Below, one piece after another: positions 1-7,633 of a stretch of 32,000 nt of DNA (within the stretch, counting starts at the first letter, position 1; every line of letters begins with the position of its first letter). The stretch is from positions 850,712-882,711 of the forward strand of contig NC_000909.1 in assembly GCF_000091665.1 (NCBI RefSeq), read 5' to 3'. The position numbers and the translations under genes are program-made. The notes under the pieces were generated by a model. It had not been told where the DNA came from and made no database searches. It saw only the letters and a list, made by a program, of their open reading frames with translations. This DNA is from Methanocaldococcus jannaschii DSM 2661. GTDB lineage: Archaea; AGJL01; Methanococci; Methanococcales; Methanocaldococcaceae.

Positions 1-284
1 TCATTTCTCATCTTTCTGATGATTTCGATAAATTCATCATCAATCTCCTTCTCTAAGTTGGGAGTTTTTGCTATAACGATATATCCCGCTTCAGCCATCA
101 CTATAGCATTTACAGCATCTTTTTCATCTTCAATACTGCAAACCTTTATAATTACTTTCTCTTCTTCAACTGGAGTTAGTGGGATTTCCTCAATTTCTTC
201 TAAGTAGTCATCTACAGATACTGGTGCGGGGGTTGAGAAATTATCTCCTTTTTTACTCAAAAGTTTCTTTAGCTTTTCTAACAT
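1..284 (-). CDS. SepF-like cell-division protein; N-terminal part only, the gene runs off the window start
   Basis: Own translation from the ATG at 284 (minus strand): MLEKLKKLLSKKGDNFSTPAPVSVDDYLEEIEEIPLTPVEEEKVIIKVCSIEDEKDAVNAIVMAEAGYIVIAKTPNLEKEIDDEFIEIIRKMRN... An amphipathic N-terminal helix, a linker and an alpha/beta core resemble SepF (DUF552). It starts 4 nt after the GTPase stop. It is absent from the ORF track because it is open at the window edge. Confidence 0.5.
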   Translation of the reverse strand, partial: MLEKLKKLLSKKGDNFSTPAPVSVDDYLEEIEEIPLTPVEEEKVIIKVCSIEDEKDAVNAIVMAEAGYIVIAKTPNLEKEIDDEFIEIIRKMRN

Positions 285-288
285 TGCA

Positions 289-846
289 TCACCTTTTCAA
301 ATACTTAATAATTATATCCAACAATTCAGGGATTCCTTCAAAAGTTTTTGCTGATACAAATATTGGAGTATTTTTTATTCTTCTTTCAACATAATTCTTT
401 AAATGTTCTTTATCACTATCATTTAATAAATCACATTTATTGATTACCACTATAATAGGTTTTTGGTATCTGAATTTTAACAAGTGGTGGAGTCTCTCAA
501 AGCTCCTTAATAATCCAACACTGCCATCAATTACATGTATAATCATATCTGAATCATTAATCTCCTCAAACGTCTTTTCTAAAACTTTTGGTGTCATAAT
601 TGGGGATTGTTTGTCAGTTGTTGTATATAATCCTCCCAAATCAACAAACACTAAATTCACAAATTCTGGCTCCTCCTTAATTCTCCCAATCTTCAACTTT
701 CCCCAGTATCTTTTTATGGGCATTTTTGTAGTTCCACCTACCTCAGACACTAATGAAACATATTTTCCAAACAATGCGTTCATTATTGATGACTTTCCAG
801 CATTTTCTGGGCCAATAATGGCTATTTTAAACTCTTTATCTTGCAT
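289..846 (-). CDS. small TRAFAC-class GTP-binding protein (Era/EngA-like MMR_HSR1 domain)
   Basis: G1 GPENAGKS, G2 GGTT, G3 DLGG, G4 NKCD, G5 SAK, all in canonical order. 185 aa. Confidence 0.85.
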   Translation of the reverse strand: MQDKEFKIAIIGPENAGKSSIMNALFGKYVSLVSEVGGTTKMPIKRYWGKLKIGRIKEEPEFVNLVFVDLGGLYTTTDKQSPIMTPKVLEKTFEEINDSDMIIHVIDGSVGLLRSFERLHHLLKFRYQKPIIVVINKCDLLNDSDKEHLKNYVERRIKNTPIFVSAKTFEGIPELLDIIIKYLKR

Positions 847-855
847 AGTCTCACA

Positions 856-1758
856 TTATAGCTTAATGTCTTCACACAACTTTGGAGCTAATGAGTGATG
901 CTCAGCCAAACCTAAAGCAGCAACAGCCCCTATTATCCCTCCTTCTCCATTAATTGGAATTATTTTTATGTTATTTCTTAAAGCTATAGATTTTGCTTCC
1001 TCTATTTTAACCATTTCTTTTTTAGCTTTTAATGCAAAGAGCTTCATACTTTTTGATGGGAAAAGGCCATAATAAACAGCCATTGCTGTTTCATCTGATA
1101 AACTTCTTTCTTTTAATAATTTTTTAATGAATTTATCCAATTTGTATTTATATTCTGGATAGACCGCAAAACTTAAAGCGATGGAGACACAGTTTTGAGT
1201 TTTATTTGGATTTCCAGGATAAAGTTGAACAATTGTATGGTCTAAATAATAACCAAGCCCTTCTTTCTCAACTTCTAAACCAATCTCATGTGCTAAAACC
1301 CATGTAGCTCCTTCTTCTTTTGTATCTGTGTCATCAATTCCAATAATAACCTTTTCCATTTTTGGAGTTATAACCTCTGCCTTTCCAAGCCTTGAACCAC
1401 CTCCCTTTTCTAAAATATTTACTTCAAGGACATTTTTGGCTCCCTTCCTTAACTCAGCTCCTACGCCTCCTCCAGCTAATCCCGCATAGACAATATGAAC
1501 TCTATTATTTTCTATATAAACTTCTTCAATTCCTGCTGCCGATAATGAAGGGACTAAATTTAATTTTTCTTTACCAATTTTTGTTACAAAGTGGTGTTTG
1601 TTTCCTTCTCTCCATGCTGATAAGATTAGAGGAGAGGTTCTTTGATATTGATAGATAACCCATTCACTACCGTTTGGACAAGGATGTTCTTCAACTATCT
1701 CAACAAGGTTTAAGGCATCATCTACCATTGCAATGACACTTTTATAATTTACTGACAT
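856..1758 (-). CDS. conserved protein of unknown function; C-terminal half resembles the TiaS N-terminal catalytic domain
   Basis: 300-aa ORF with an AGGTGA RBS 4 nt upstream of the ATG. IGIDDTDT followed about 40 aa later by LYPGNPNKTQN resembles the TiaS pattern GIDDTDS...NPNxPxKTRGN (from memory). The N-terminal 130 aa are Gly-rich and unassigned. Confidence 0.6.
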   Translation of the reverse strand: MSVNYKSVIAMVDDALNLVEIVEEHPCPNGSEWVIYQYQRTSPLILSAWREGNKHHFVTKIGKEKLNLVPSLSAAGIEEVYIENNRVHIVYAGLAGGGVGAELRKGAKNVLEVNILEKGGGSRLGKAEVITPKMEKVIIGIDDTDTKEEGATWVLAHEIGLEVEKEGLGYYLDHTIVQLYPGNPNKTQNCVSIALSFAVYPEYKYKLDKFIKKLLKERSLSDETAMAVYYGLFPSKSMKLFALKAKKEMVKIEEAKSIALRNNIKIIPINGEGGIIGAVAALGLAEHHSLAPKLCEDIKL

Positions 1759-1773
1759 AGAATCACCTGTGAT

Positions 1774-1994
1774 ATTTAAATAGGACTTTCGCAGAGGTAA
1801 ATTTTATTATTTTTTATTATCATTATTGTATAGGACGTAATTGTATATGGATGTACAAAGGTGTTAAAGTTCCAAATAGAACTTTTTTGTAGTTTAAAAC
1901 ATTAGGTCACTTTTTTGTGCAATGATAAATTTTAGTCTACGAACGTTCTATCAAAGATGATATTATAAAAAACTACAGAAAGTCCTATTTGAAT
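1774..1994. mobile_element. MITE-like element with imperfect inverted-repeat arms of about 60 nt
   Basis: AAATAGGACTTTC (1778-1790) is the exact reverse complement of GAAAGTCCTATTT (1978-1990). Inner arm parts also pair: TATCATTATTGTATAGGACGT (ending at 1838) against the reverse complement of ACGTTCTATCAAAGATGATA (1943-1962). Both pairs share a centre near 1887. There is no ORF inside. Confidence 0.4.
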
Positions 1995-2047
1995 TTTATG
2001 AAAATTGTAATAAGATATGAAAATAGTTTAATATTTATTAATAATGC

Positions 2048-2464
<417 letters not shown>

Positions 2465-2618
2465 TTATAACACCTAAAAAATTTTAAAAGTTTTGGATCA
2501 AAAATTTTTAGGTTTAAATACATTATTTAAGAACTATTATATAACTTAGTTTGGTTAAATATTAAATAGTAACACATTTATATAGTCAGAAGGTAATAGA
2601 AAATATTTTATATTACAT

Positions 2619-2637
2619 TTGGACTAAATAAGTCCAA
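2619..2637. promoter_or_regulatory. candidate operator palindrome TTGGACT-N5-AGTCCAA between a TATA-like box and the 2656 start codon
   Basis: Perfect 7-bp arms (2619-2625 and 2631-2637). TTTATATT lies at about 2607-2614, just upstream. The ATG is 19 nt downstream. Confidence 0.45.
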
Positions 2638-2655
2638 TAGTGGCTATGTGATATT

Positions 2656-3549
2656 ATGGAAATATTTAAACTCTTAAGAAAAGATAGAAAGATGTTATTT
2701 CTAATGTTTATTGGAACAGTTTCTTTTTTATTTATATTTATCCCATTTCTTAAATTTCAGATGATAGGTTCAAGTCATAAAATTAATGCATATCCAAGTT
2801 TATCAGCTGTATGTGGTCTTTTATTGGGTCCAATTTATGGATTTTTTGCAGTTATGTTGGTAACATTAATATACTTTTTTTTAAATCCAAAAGCATTTTA
2901 TTTTGGAATTTATTCTTTAATACCTCCTACATTAGCGGTTATATCTGCTGGAGCGTTATCTGAAGGGAAATGGAAATATTCAGCTATAATTTTAATTGTG
3001 GGTTTATTACTATTTTATTTAACAGATGTGGGGAGGGTAGCTTTTTATTACCCATACCTTTCAACTCTTGCTTTATTACTTATCCTCATTTTTAGAGAAA
3101 AAATAAGTAAATTGTTGTTTAGTAAAGATTGGAAAAAAATGATAGTTGGGGCTACAATTTTATCATTCTCATCGGTGATGACAGACCATCTATATGGTTC
3201 AATTTTGGGAATTGTATATTTACATTTGCCAGCAGAGGATTACATTTCAGTAATTCCTCTCTTTATTAAAGAGAGATTAATAATGACTGTAATAGGTGCA
3301 TTTTTTGTAATTTTTGCAATAGAAATTAGCAAATGTTTCTTAAAAAATGCTACAAAATTAAAGGAAAAATTATTAAAAAGTTATATTGATAAAGAAATAA
3401 AAATAAACTGCAAAAATATGTTGAATGTAGATGAAGAGTTATTAAAGAAATATAATGTTAAAATACCGTCGGAAGAAGAACAGAAAGAAATTTTAAAGAC
3501 ACTTGTGGAAGTAGTGGTGTTCAATAACGATAAAGATGAAAATCGATAA
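2656..3549 (+). CDS. polytopic membrane protein (about 6 TM, possibly ECF S-component-like) with a charged C-terminal tail of about 70 aa
   Basis: 297-aa ORF with successive hydrophobic segments through residue 225, then a Lys/Glu-rich tail. Function was not recognised with confidence. Confidence 0.7.
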   Translation: MEIFKLLRKDRKMLFLMFIGTVSFLFIFIPFLKFQMIGSSHKINAYPSLSAVCGLLLGPIYGFFAVMLVTLIYFFLNPKAFYFGIYSLIPPTLAVISAGALSEGKWKYSAIILIVGLLLFYLTDVGRVAFYYPYLSTLALLLILIFREKISKLLFSKDWKKMIVGATILSFSSVMTDHLYGSILGIVYLHLPAEDYISVIPLFIKERLIMTVIGAFFVIFAIEISKCFLKNATKLKEKLLKSYIDKEIKINCKNMLNVDEELLKKYNVKIPSEEEQKEILKTLVEVVVFNNDKDENR

Positions 3550-3560
3550 AGATGAAAATC
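3529..3560 (+). repeat. perfect 16-bp tandem duplication (GATAAAGATGAAAATC x2) spanning the stop codon
   Basis: 3529-3544 is identical to 3545-3560. The stop TAA at 3547-3549 lies in the second copy. Confidence 0.95.
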
Positions 3561-3610
3561 AATGAAAAACACTATAAGTTCAAAAATTTATATATAGACT
3601 ACGAAAGCCC

Positions 3611-4381
3611 TTATAATAATGTGCTTTCCTTTATTTTCTCAATGACCTTTGGAATATCCCTTTCTTTTACCTCCTTTAACTTTTCTAAGGCATCAACGAT
3701 TTTGTCGATTTCTTCAACAAATTTCTTGTCTGAAGAGGTTAGATAAACTATTTCCTTTTTTGCATAAGACTGTTCTACAAGGGAATTCTTATGAATTATG
3801 GATATACACTCTAATCCTAAGATTTTCTTAATATCATTAATTACACTCTCTGGCAAATCTTCGGCTTTGTTTATTATAAACCCTGCAGGTGTGCTTTCTA
3901 AATAGTTCTTTCCAATAACTATTGTATTTATAGCCCCCTGCAAACTTGGACCAAAGGCAGTGTAATCCAAAACCGGGATAAAGTAGTCGGAAAGACCTAA
4001 AGCTAAGTAGGTTTCAACACCGCTTGATGTTGATGGAGCATCTATAAACACATAATCATAATCTCCTAACTCCTTAAATCTTTTTAAAATATTTATGTCG
4101 AATTTTAAGTAATCGGCAAGTGATTTTCCAACTGCCAATAATTCGATATTTTCAATTGGAGTATTAACGATAGCATCTTTTATTGGACGTTCTTCTTCTA
4201 TAATATCCGCCAAAAATATGTTTGATTTTACATTTAGAAGATGGGACAATGACTTTGACCCAACATCTCCATCGATTAGTAAGATTTTTTTACCTTTTTT
4301 TGCTAAAGCTGCTGCAGCATTTGCTGTGATAATTGTTTTTCCAGTTCCTCCCTTTGCAATTGAGAATGTGATTACCTTCAT
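3611..4381 (-). CDS. ParA/MinD-family deviant Walker-A ATPase
   Basis: KGGTGKT P-loop at the N-terminus and a DxD Walker B region (LLIDGD). I place the start at the ATG at 4381 (MKVITFS) because AGGTGGA lies 6 nt upstream; the track ORF extends to 4402. Confidence 0.85.
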   Translation of the reverse strand: MKVITFSIAKGGTGKTIITANAAAALAKKGKKILLIDGDVGSKSLSHLLNVKSNIFLADIIEEERPIKDAIVNTPIENIELLAVGKSLADYLKFDINILKRFKELGDYDYVFIDAPSTSSGVETYLALGLSDYFIPVLDYTAFGPSLQGAINTIVIGKNYLESTPAGFIINKAEDLPESVINDIKKILGLECISIIHKNSLVEQSYAKKEIVYLTSSDKKFVEEIDKIVDALEKLKEVKERDIPKVIEKIKESTLL

Positions 4382-4496
4382 TTGTATCCACCTATAATCC
4401 AATTATTTATTCAACTATTGCTTAAAAGAATTATTCCAAAAAGCGTTTAACAAAACATTTAAAGGAAATTAAGTTTTAACAGCATGTTTTTTGTGA

Positions 4497-4817
4497 TTAT
4501 CTTTCTTTGTCTCCAAGCATTCCTATTATAATCTTTGGAATTTTTGCTTCTTTCCACTTTGCTTCCCATTTCATAACATTTTCAATAATTTCCAATGCTT
4601 CCTGGCCTTTCTTTGTTAAATAGTATTTACTTCCATCTTTCTGTATTAAATTTTCATCCTCCAATTCATTTAATCTTTCCGCCAATGTTCTCGTGCTAAC
4701 CCCACATCCTTCCATATCTAAGGCGTTTTTTATGCTCGTGAAGGAATTTACTCCCTCTTTAATTTTATATAATATCTCTATCGTTCCCTTCTTTCCAAGC
4801 ACATAGAAGATTGACAT
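4497..4817 (-). CDS. small winged-helix (HxlR/ArsR-like) DNA-binding protein
   Basis: 106 aa. GKKGTIEILYKI...FTSIKNAL...GVSTRTLAERLNELEDENLIQK fits an HxlR-type wHTH layout. It lies directly upstream of the ParA gene on the same strand. Confidence 0.7.
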   Translation of the reverse strand: MSIFYVLGKKGTIEILYKIKEGVNSFTSIKNALDMEGCGVSTRTLAERLNELEDENLIQKDGSKYYLTKKGQEALEIIENVMKWEAKWKEAKIPKIIIGMLGDKER

Positions 4818-5025
4818 AATCCCACGCTAAATTTATTTTAATAAAATTTACTAAACTTTGACAATTTATTTTCTTCCATTTATTTCATTATGGTTAGGTT
4901 TATATAGTTTAATACTTTAGATTACTACCCGTATTTAAAATTTACCTACAATTACTTATTTTTAGATTTGAATATTTTTAAATAGTGTTATTAGTAATCT
5001 TTTTATACCCTATTAAGACATAAGT

Positions 5026-5047
5026 AAGGAAGGAACTTTCCTTCCTT
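5026..5047. other. perfect 9-bp stem / 4-nt loop hairpin or palindrome (AAGGAAGGA ACTT TCCTTCCTT)
   Basis: Read directly from the sequence. It lies in the noncoding region about 210 bp upstream of the wHTH gene start. Confidence 0.6.
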
Positions 5048-5179
5048 CCAGTATTGTTTTCATTGGTTGATTAATTTATTATTGTTTATGAAAAAGTTAA
5101 AATTTACAAAGATACGGATAATTTGAACTCCTTTCAAAGAAATGAGTTATTAATGTCTTAAATTATTAGGGTGAAATAT

Positions 5180-5527
5180 ATGAAATTAGTTGAAGTAATT
5201 CTACCTCAAGAAAAAATTCTACCCTGCATAAATATTTTGAAAAGATACACTATTATAGATGAGTATGTAGTTTCAGATATAAAAGAAAAAAGTAGTAAAA
5301 AGGTTGTTATTGAATATAGGGGGTAAATATATGAAACAGAAGTATTAGAGGAATTTACAAAAATTGAAGCTGTTATAGATGAAGATTAAACTAGATAAAT
5401 GCTTACAGGATTTACGTGAAATACTAAAATCAGAAAAATAATTGTTTATGATGTTGTAGATACAATACCAAGAGTTCAAAAAAAGAAAACTAAAAAAACA
5501 AACACTATGAATTTAAATACTATTTAA
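5180..5527 (+). pseudogene. decayed P-II-like (GlnB-fold) gene
   Basis: AGGGTGA RBS plus ATG at 5180: MKLVEVILPQEKILPCINILKRYTIIDEYVVSDIKEKSSKKVVIEYRG, then an in-frame TAA (5324), then IYETEVLEEFTKIEAVIDED. The sense continues in frame +1 (5379-5438, KIKLDKCLQDLREILKSEK) and returns to frame 0 at an A-run (IIVYDVVDTIPRV). Length and the YRG-x-Y T-loop pattern resemble P-II. Confidence 0.45.
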
Positions 5528-5665
5528 TGTGGAACATTATCAAGAGAAGAACTTTTAAAACAATTAGGAATTAAAGAGCCAGATGAGGACTTCATAGAGA
5601 ATATAATAAAAGAGGCTTTTGATTATGGAGAGGATATAATATTAACAGATGATGAAATAAAGGAT

Positions 5666-5929
5666 ATGGAACTTTCAATTGAGAATGAATTAGATAAAAA
5701 TATCTTATCTATATTAAAAGACCAAGATTTAATTGAAGACTATGCTTTAAAGGTTAAAATTGAGAGATGCAATAATAAATACATCTGCACATGTGATGTT
5801 ATAATAATACAGAAAAAACTCTTTATCAAAAAACCTGTAAAAATTGAACCAATAAAGAAAAGATTAATGGAAATTTTAGAGGCTAAACCATACAACGTGG
5901 AATATAGAATTGATATTAGATTATACTGA
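5666..5929 (+). CDS. hypothetical 87-aa protein, possibly a 5'-truncated remnant
   Basis: The frame is open from 5528 (CGTLSREELLKQLGIKEPDEDF...) with no ATG, GTG or TTG before 5666. RBS is weak. It is in the same frame as the upstream pseudogene. Confidence 0.35.
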   Translation: MELSIENELDKNILSILKDQDLIEDYALKVKIERCNNKYICTCDVIIIQKKLFIKKPVKIEPIKKRLMEILEAKPYNVEYRIDIRLY

Positions 5930-5951
5930 ATATTACTTTTTTAAATTAAAA

Positions 5952-6686
5952 TTAGAAATCTAAACTAATTATTTCTAAATCTAAATTTGAAGATAAGAAC
6001 TCTTTAAATTTCTTTAATCCAAAAACTTCAGTTGAGTAATGAGTAGCATCAACAACCACTAAACCAAGCTCCTCAGCTAAAATTTTTGAATGATGAGTTA
6101 AATCTCCAGAAAGATAGACATCTGCTTTCTCAGCAACATACTTTATGGATGATTGAGACAATCCATAACCAGATAAAACAGCTAATTTAAAGTTGTCATC
6201 TACCTCTTTACTTTTAACAACAATAGGGTTTTTGTGAATGTATTTTTTAGTTATCTCCAAAAATTCCTCAAAACTTCCTTTAAAAATTCCAACTCTTCCA
6301 AGTCCATTATCATATAAGGGCTTTGGATTTTCTAAATTATAAAGTTCAGCTAAAGCATCATTCAACCCATTTTTGCATATATCTAAATTTGTATGAGCAG
6401 AGTAGAGGATGATGTCATTTTCCATTAATATCTTTAGTTTTTTGTAAATAACTCCAGTAAAATTTCTTATAGGGTCTTTTAATAATGGATGGTGGGTAAA
6501 TAAAAAATCTACTCCTTCTTTTTCTGCTTTTTTAATAACTGATAATGAAGGGTCTAAGGCAATACCTAGCTTTTTTATCTCTTTATCTAAGTTGTCTCCA
6601 ACCTGAAGACCAATGTTATCTCCCTCAATAGCCAAATCTTTAGGAGCAAAGGTTTCAATAAACTCTATAATCTCTTTAGCTTTCAT
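5952..6686 (-). CDS. NIF3-family (GTP cyclohydrolase 1 type 2 homolog) metal-binding protein
   Basis: IGLQVGD...THHP...LYSAHTNLD...GDLTHH...DATHYSTE motifs are typical of NIF3/YbgI. I place the start at the ATG at 6686, 2 nt after the upstream stop, with GGAGGT 7 nt upstream. Confidence 0.85.
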   Translation of the reverse strand: MKAKEIIEFIETFAPKDLAIEGDNIGLQVGDNLDKEIKKLGIALDPSLSVIKKAEKEGVDFLFTHHPLLKDPIRNFTGVIYKKLKILMENDIILYSAHTNLDICKNGLNDALAELYNLENPKPLYDNGLGRVGIFKGSFEEFLEITKKYIHKNPIVVKSKEVDDNFKLAVLSGYGLSQSSIKYVAEKADVYLSGDLTHHSKILAEELGLVVVDATHYSTEVFGLKKFKEFLSSNLDLEIISLDF

Positions 6687-6688
6687 AT

Positions 6689-7282
6689 TTACAACCTCCA
6701 TGCATTTATAACCATAAGTTCCTCAAATGGAACTTTTAAACGGGCGGATATTTCAACTTTAAAACCAAGGGGTTTTAATTTGTTTATTGTTTCTTTTTCT
6801 CCAGTTAAAGAACTCTGTAATATTTGAACTACTCCTCCCTTTTTTAAATAATTTGGTAACTCATAGATAAACCTATCTAAAATTTCCCTTCCATCTTTTC
6901 CTCCATCAAATGCAAAATTTAGATAGCTGTCTATTTTTTCATCTTCAGATGTTGGTAAATAGGGAGGGTTAAATAATATAACATCAAACTTTCCAGTAAC
7001 ATTTTCAAATAAATCACTCTCAAAAAATGAGATATTAACATTATTTAGTTTGGCATTTTCTTTAGCTAATTTTACAGCATAAGGATTTATATCAACACCA
7101 ACAATTTTTTTAGCTCCCTTTTTTGCACATGCAATTGATATTAATCCAGTTCCCACACCTATCTCTAAAACATCTTTATTTTTAACATCTACAAGGTTTT
7201 TTAGTAATAAAATTGAATCTTCAGCAGGTTCATAAACTTCGGGATGTAGTTTTAGTTTAATTCCTTCTATCTCAATTATCAT
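6689..7282 (-). CDS. HemK/PrmC-family (Mtq2-like) SAM-dependent N5-glutamine methyltransferase
   Basis: SAM-binding VLEIGVGTG and the catalytic NPPY motif (ILFNPPYLP). 197 aa. Confidence 0.8.
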   Translation of the reverse strand: MIIEIEGIKLKLHPEVYEPAEDSILLLKNLVDVKNKDVLEIGVGTGLISIACAKKGAKKIVGVDINPYAVKLAKENAKLNNVNISFFESDLFENVTGKFDVILFNPPYLPTSEDEKIDSYLNFAFDGGKDGREILDRFIYELPNYLKKGGVVQILQSSLTGEKETINKLKPLGFKVEISARLKVPFEELMVINAWRL

Positions 7283-7400
7283 TAATTCTCACCAAGAAGA
7301 ATTATGTGAGTTGAGGATTTTAAATTTTGTTATTATATTTTTAAATATGTGGATTTACAGTAATAAAATAAAAAGTTGAGTTTATTCCAATATATCCAAG

Positions 7401-7633
7401 TTTAAAACCTCTTAGAGGTCTGATTTTAATAAAAAGATGAATAGATACCAAAAGTATAAGATAGTTATTTCCATCCTCCAAGAGGTCTTATTTTAATAAA
7501 GAGTATCTTTCTCCTACACTGACTCCTAATATCGTTTCCATCCTCCAAGAGGTCTGATTTTAACTAAATTCTTTTTTTAACTTTTTAAGGTGAGAGGATG
7601 TTTTTTCCATCCTCCAAGAGGTCTGATTTTAAC
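7401..7633 (-). CRISPR. orphan mini-CRISPR array: 3 good repeats plus 1 degenerate 30-nt repeat
   Basis: The plus-strand repeat TTTCCATCCTCCAAGAGGTCTGATTTTAAC is exact at 7604-7633 and 7535-7564. The copy at 7468-7497 has 2 mismatches and the copy at 7401-7430 has 6. Spacers are 37, 37 and 39 nt and unique. Degeneracy increases away from the 7634 side, so transcription is inferred on the minus strand (GTTAAAATCAGACCTCTTGGAGGATGGAAA). Confidence 0.9.

Noticed and set aside
440-898. 152-aa plus-strand ORF opposite the GTPase gene, and similar antisense ORFs at 19-207, 179-394, 1392-1658, 1989-2282, 3381-3572, 3552-3746 and 3649-3831
   Set aside because: These are shadow ORFs on the strand opposite well-supported genes with clear motifs. 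They are Ser/Ile/Phe/Leu-rich and low-complexity, as expected from the reverse complement of Lys/Glu-rich coding sequence. None has an RBS.
5324-5527. Five in-frame stop codons in a single long frame (5180-5929) raised the idea of stop-codon recoding or readthrough
   Set aside because: Four of the five are TAA, which is not a known recoding codon (Sec uses TGA, Pyl uses TAG). The protein-like sense clearly shifts to frame +1 for about 60 nt. Decay into a pseudogene is the simpler explanation.
7283-7400. Searched for further degenerate CRISPR repeats beyond 7401
   Set aside because: The position where a fifth repeat would fall (about 7334-7363) shows no similarity to the repeat. The array ends at the degenerate copy at 7401-7430.
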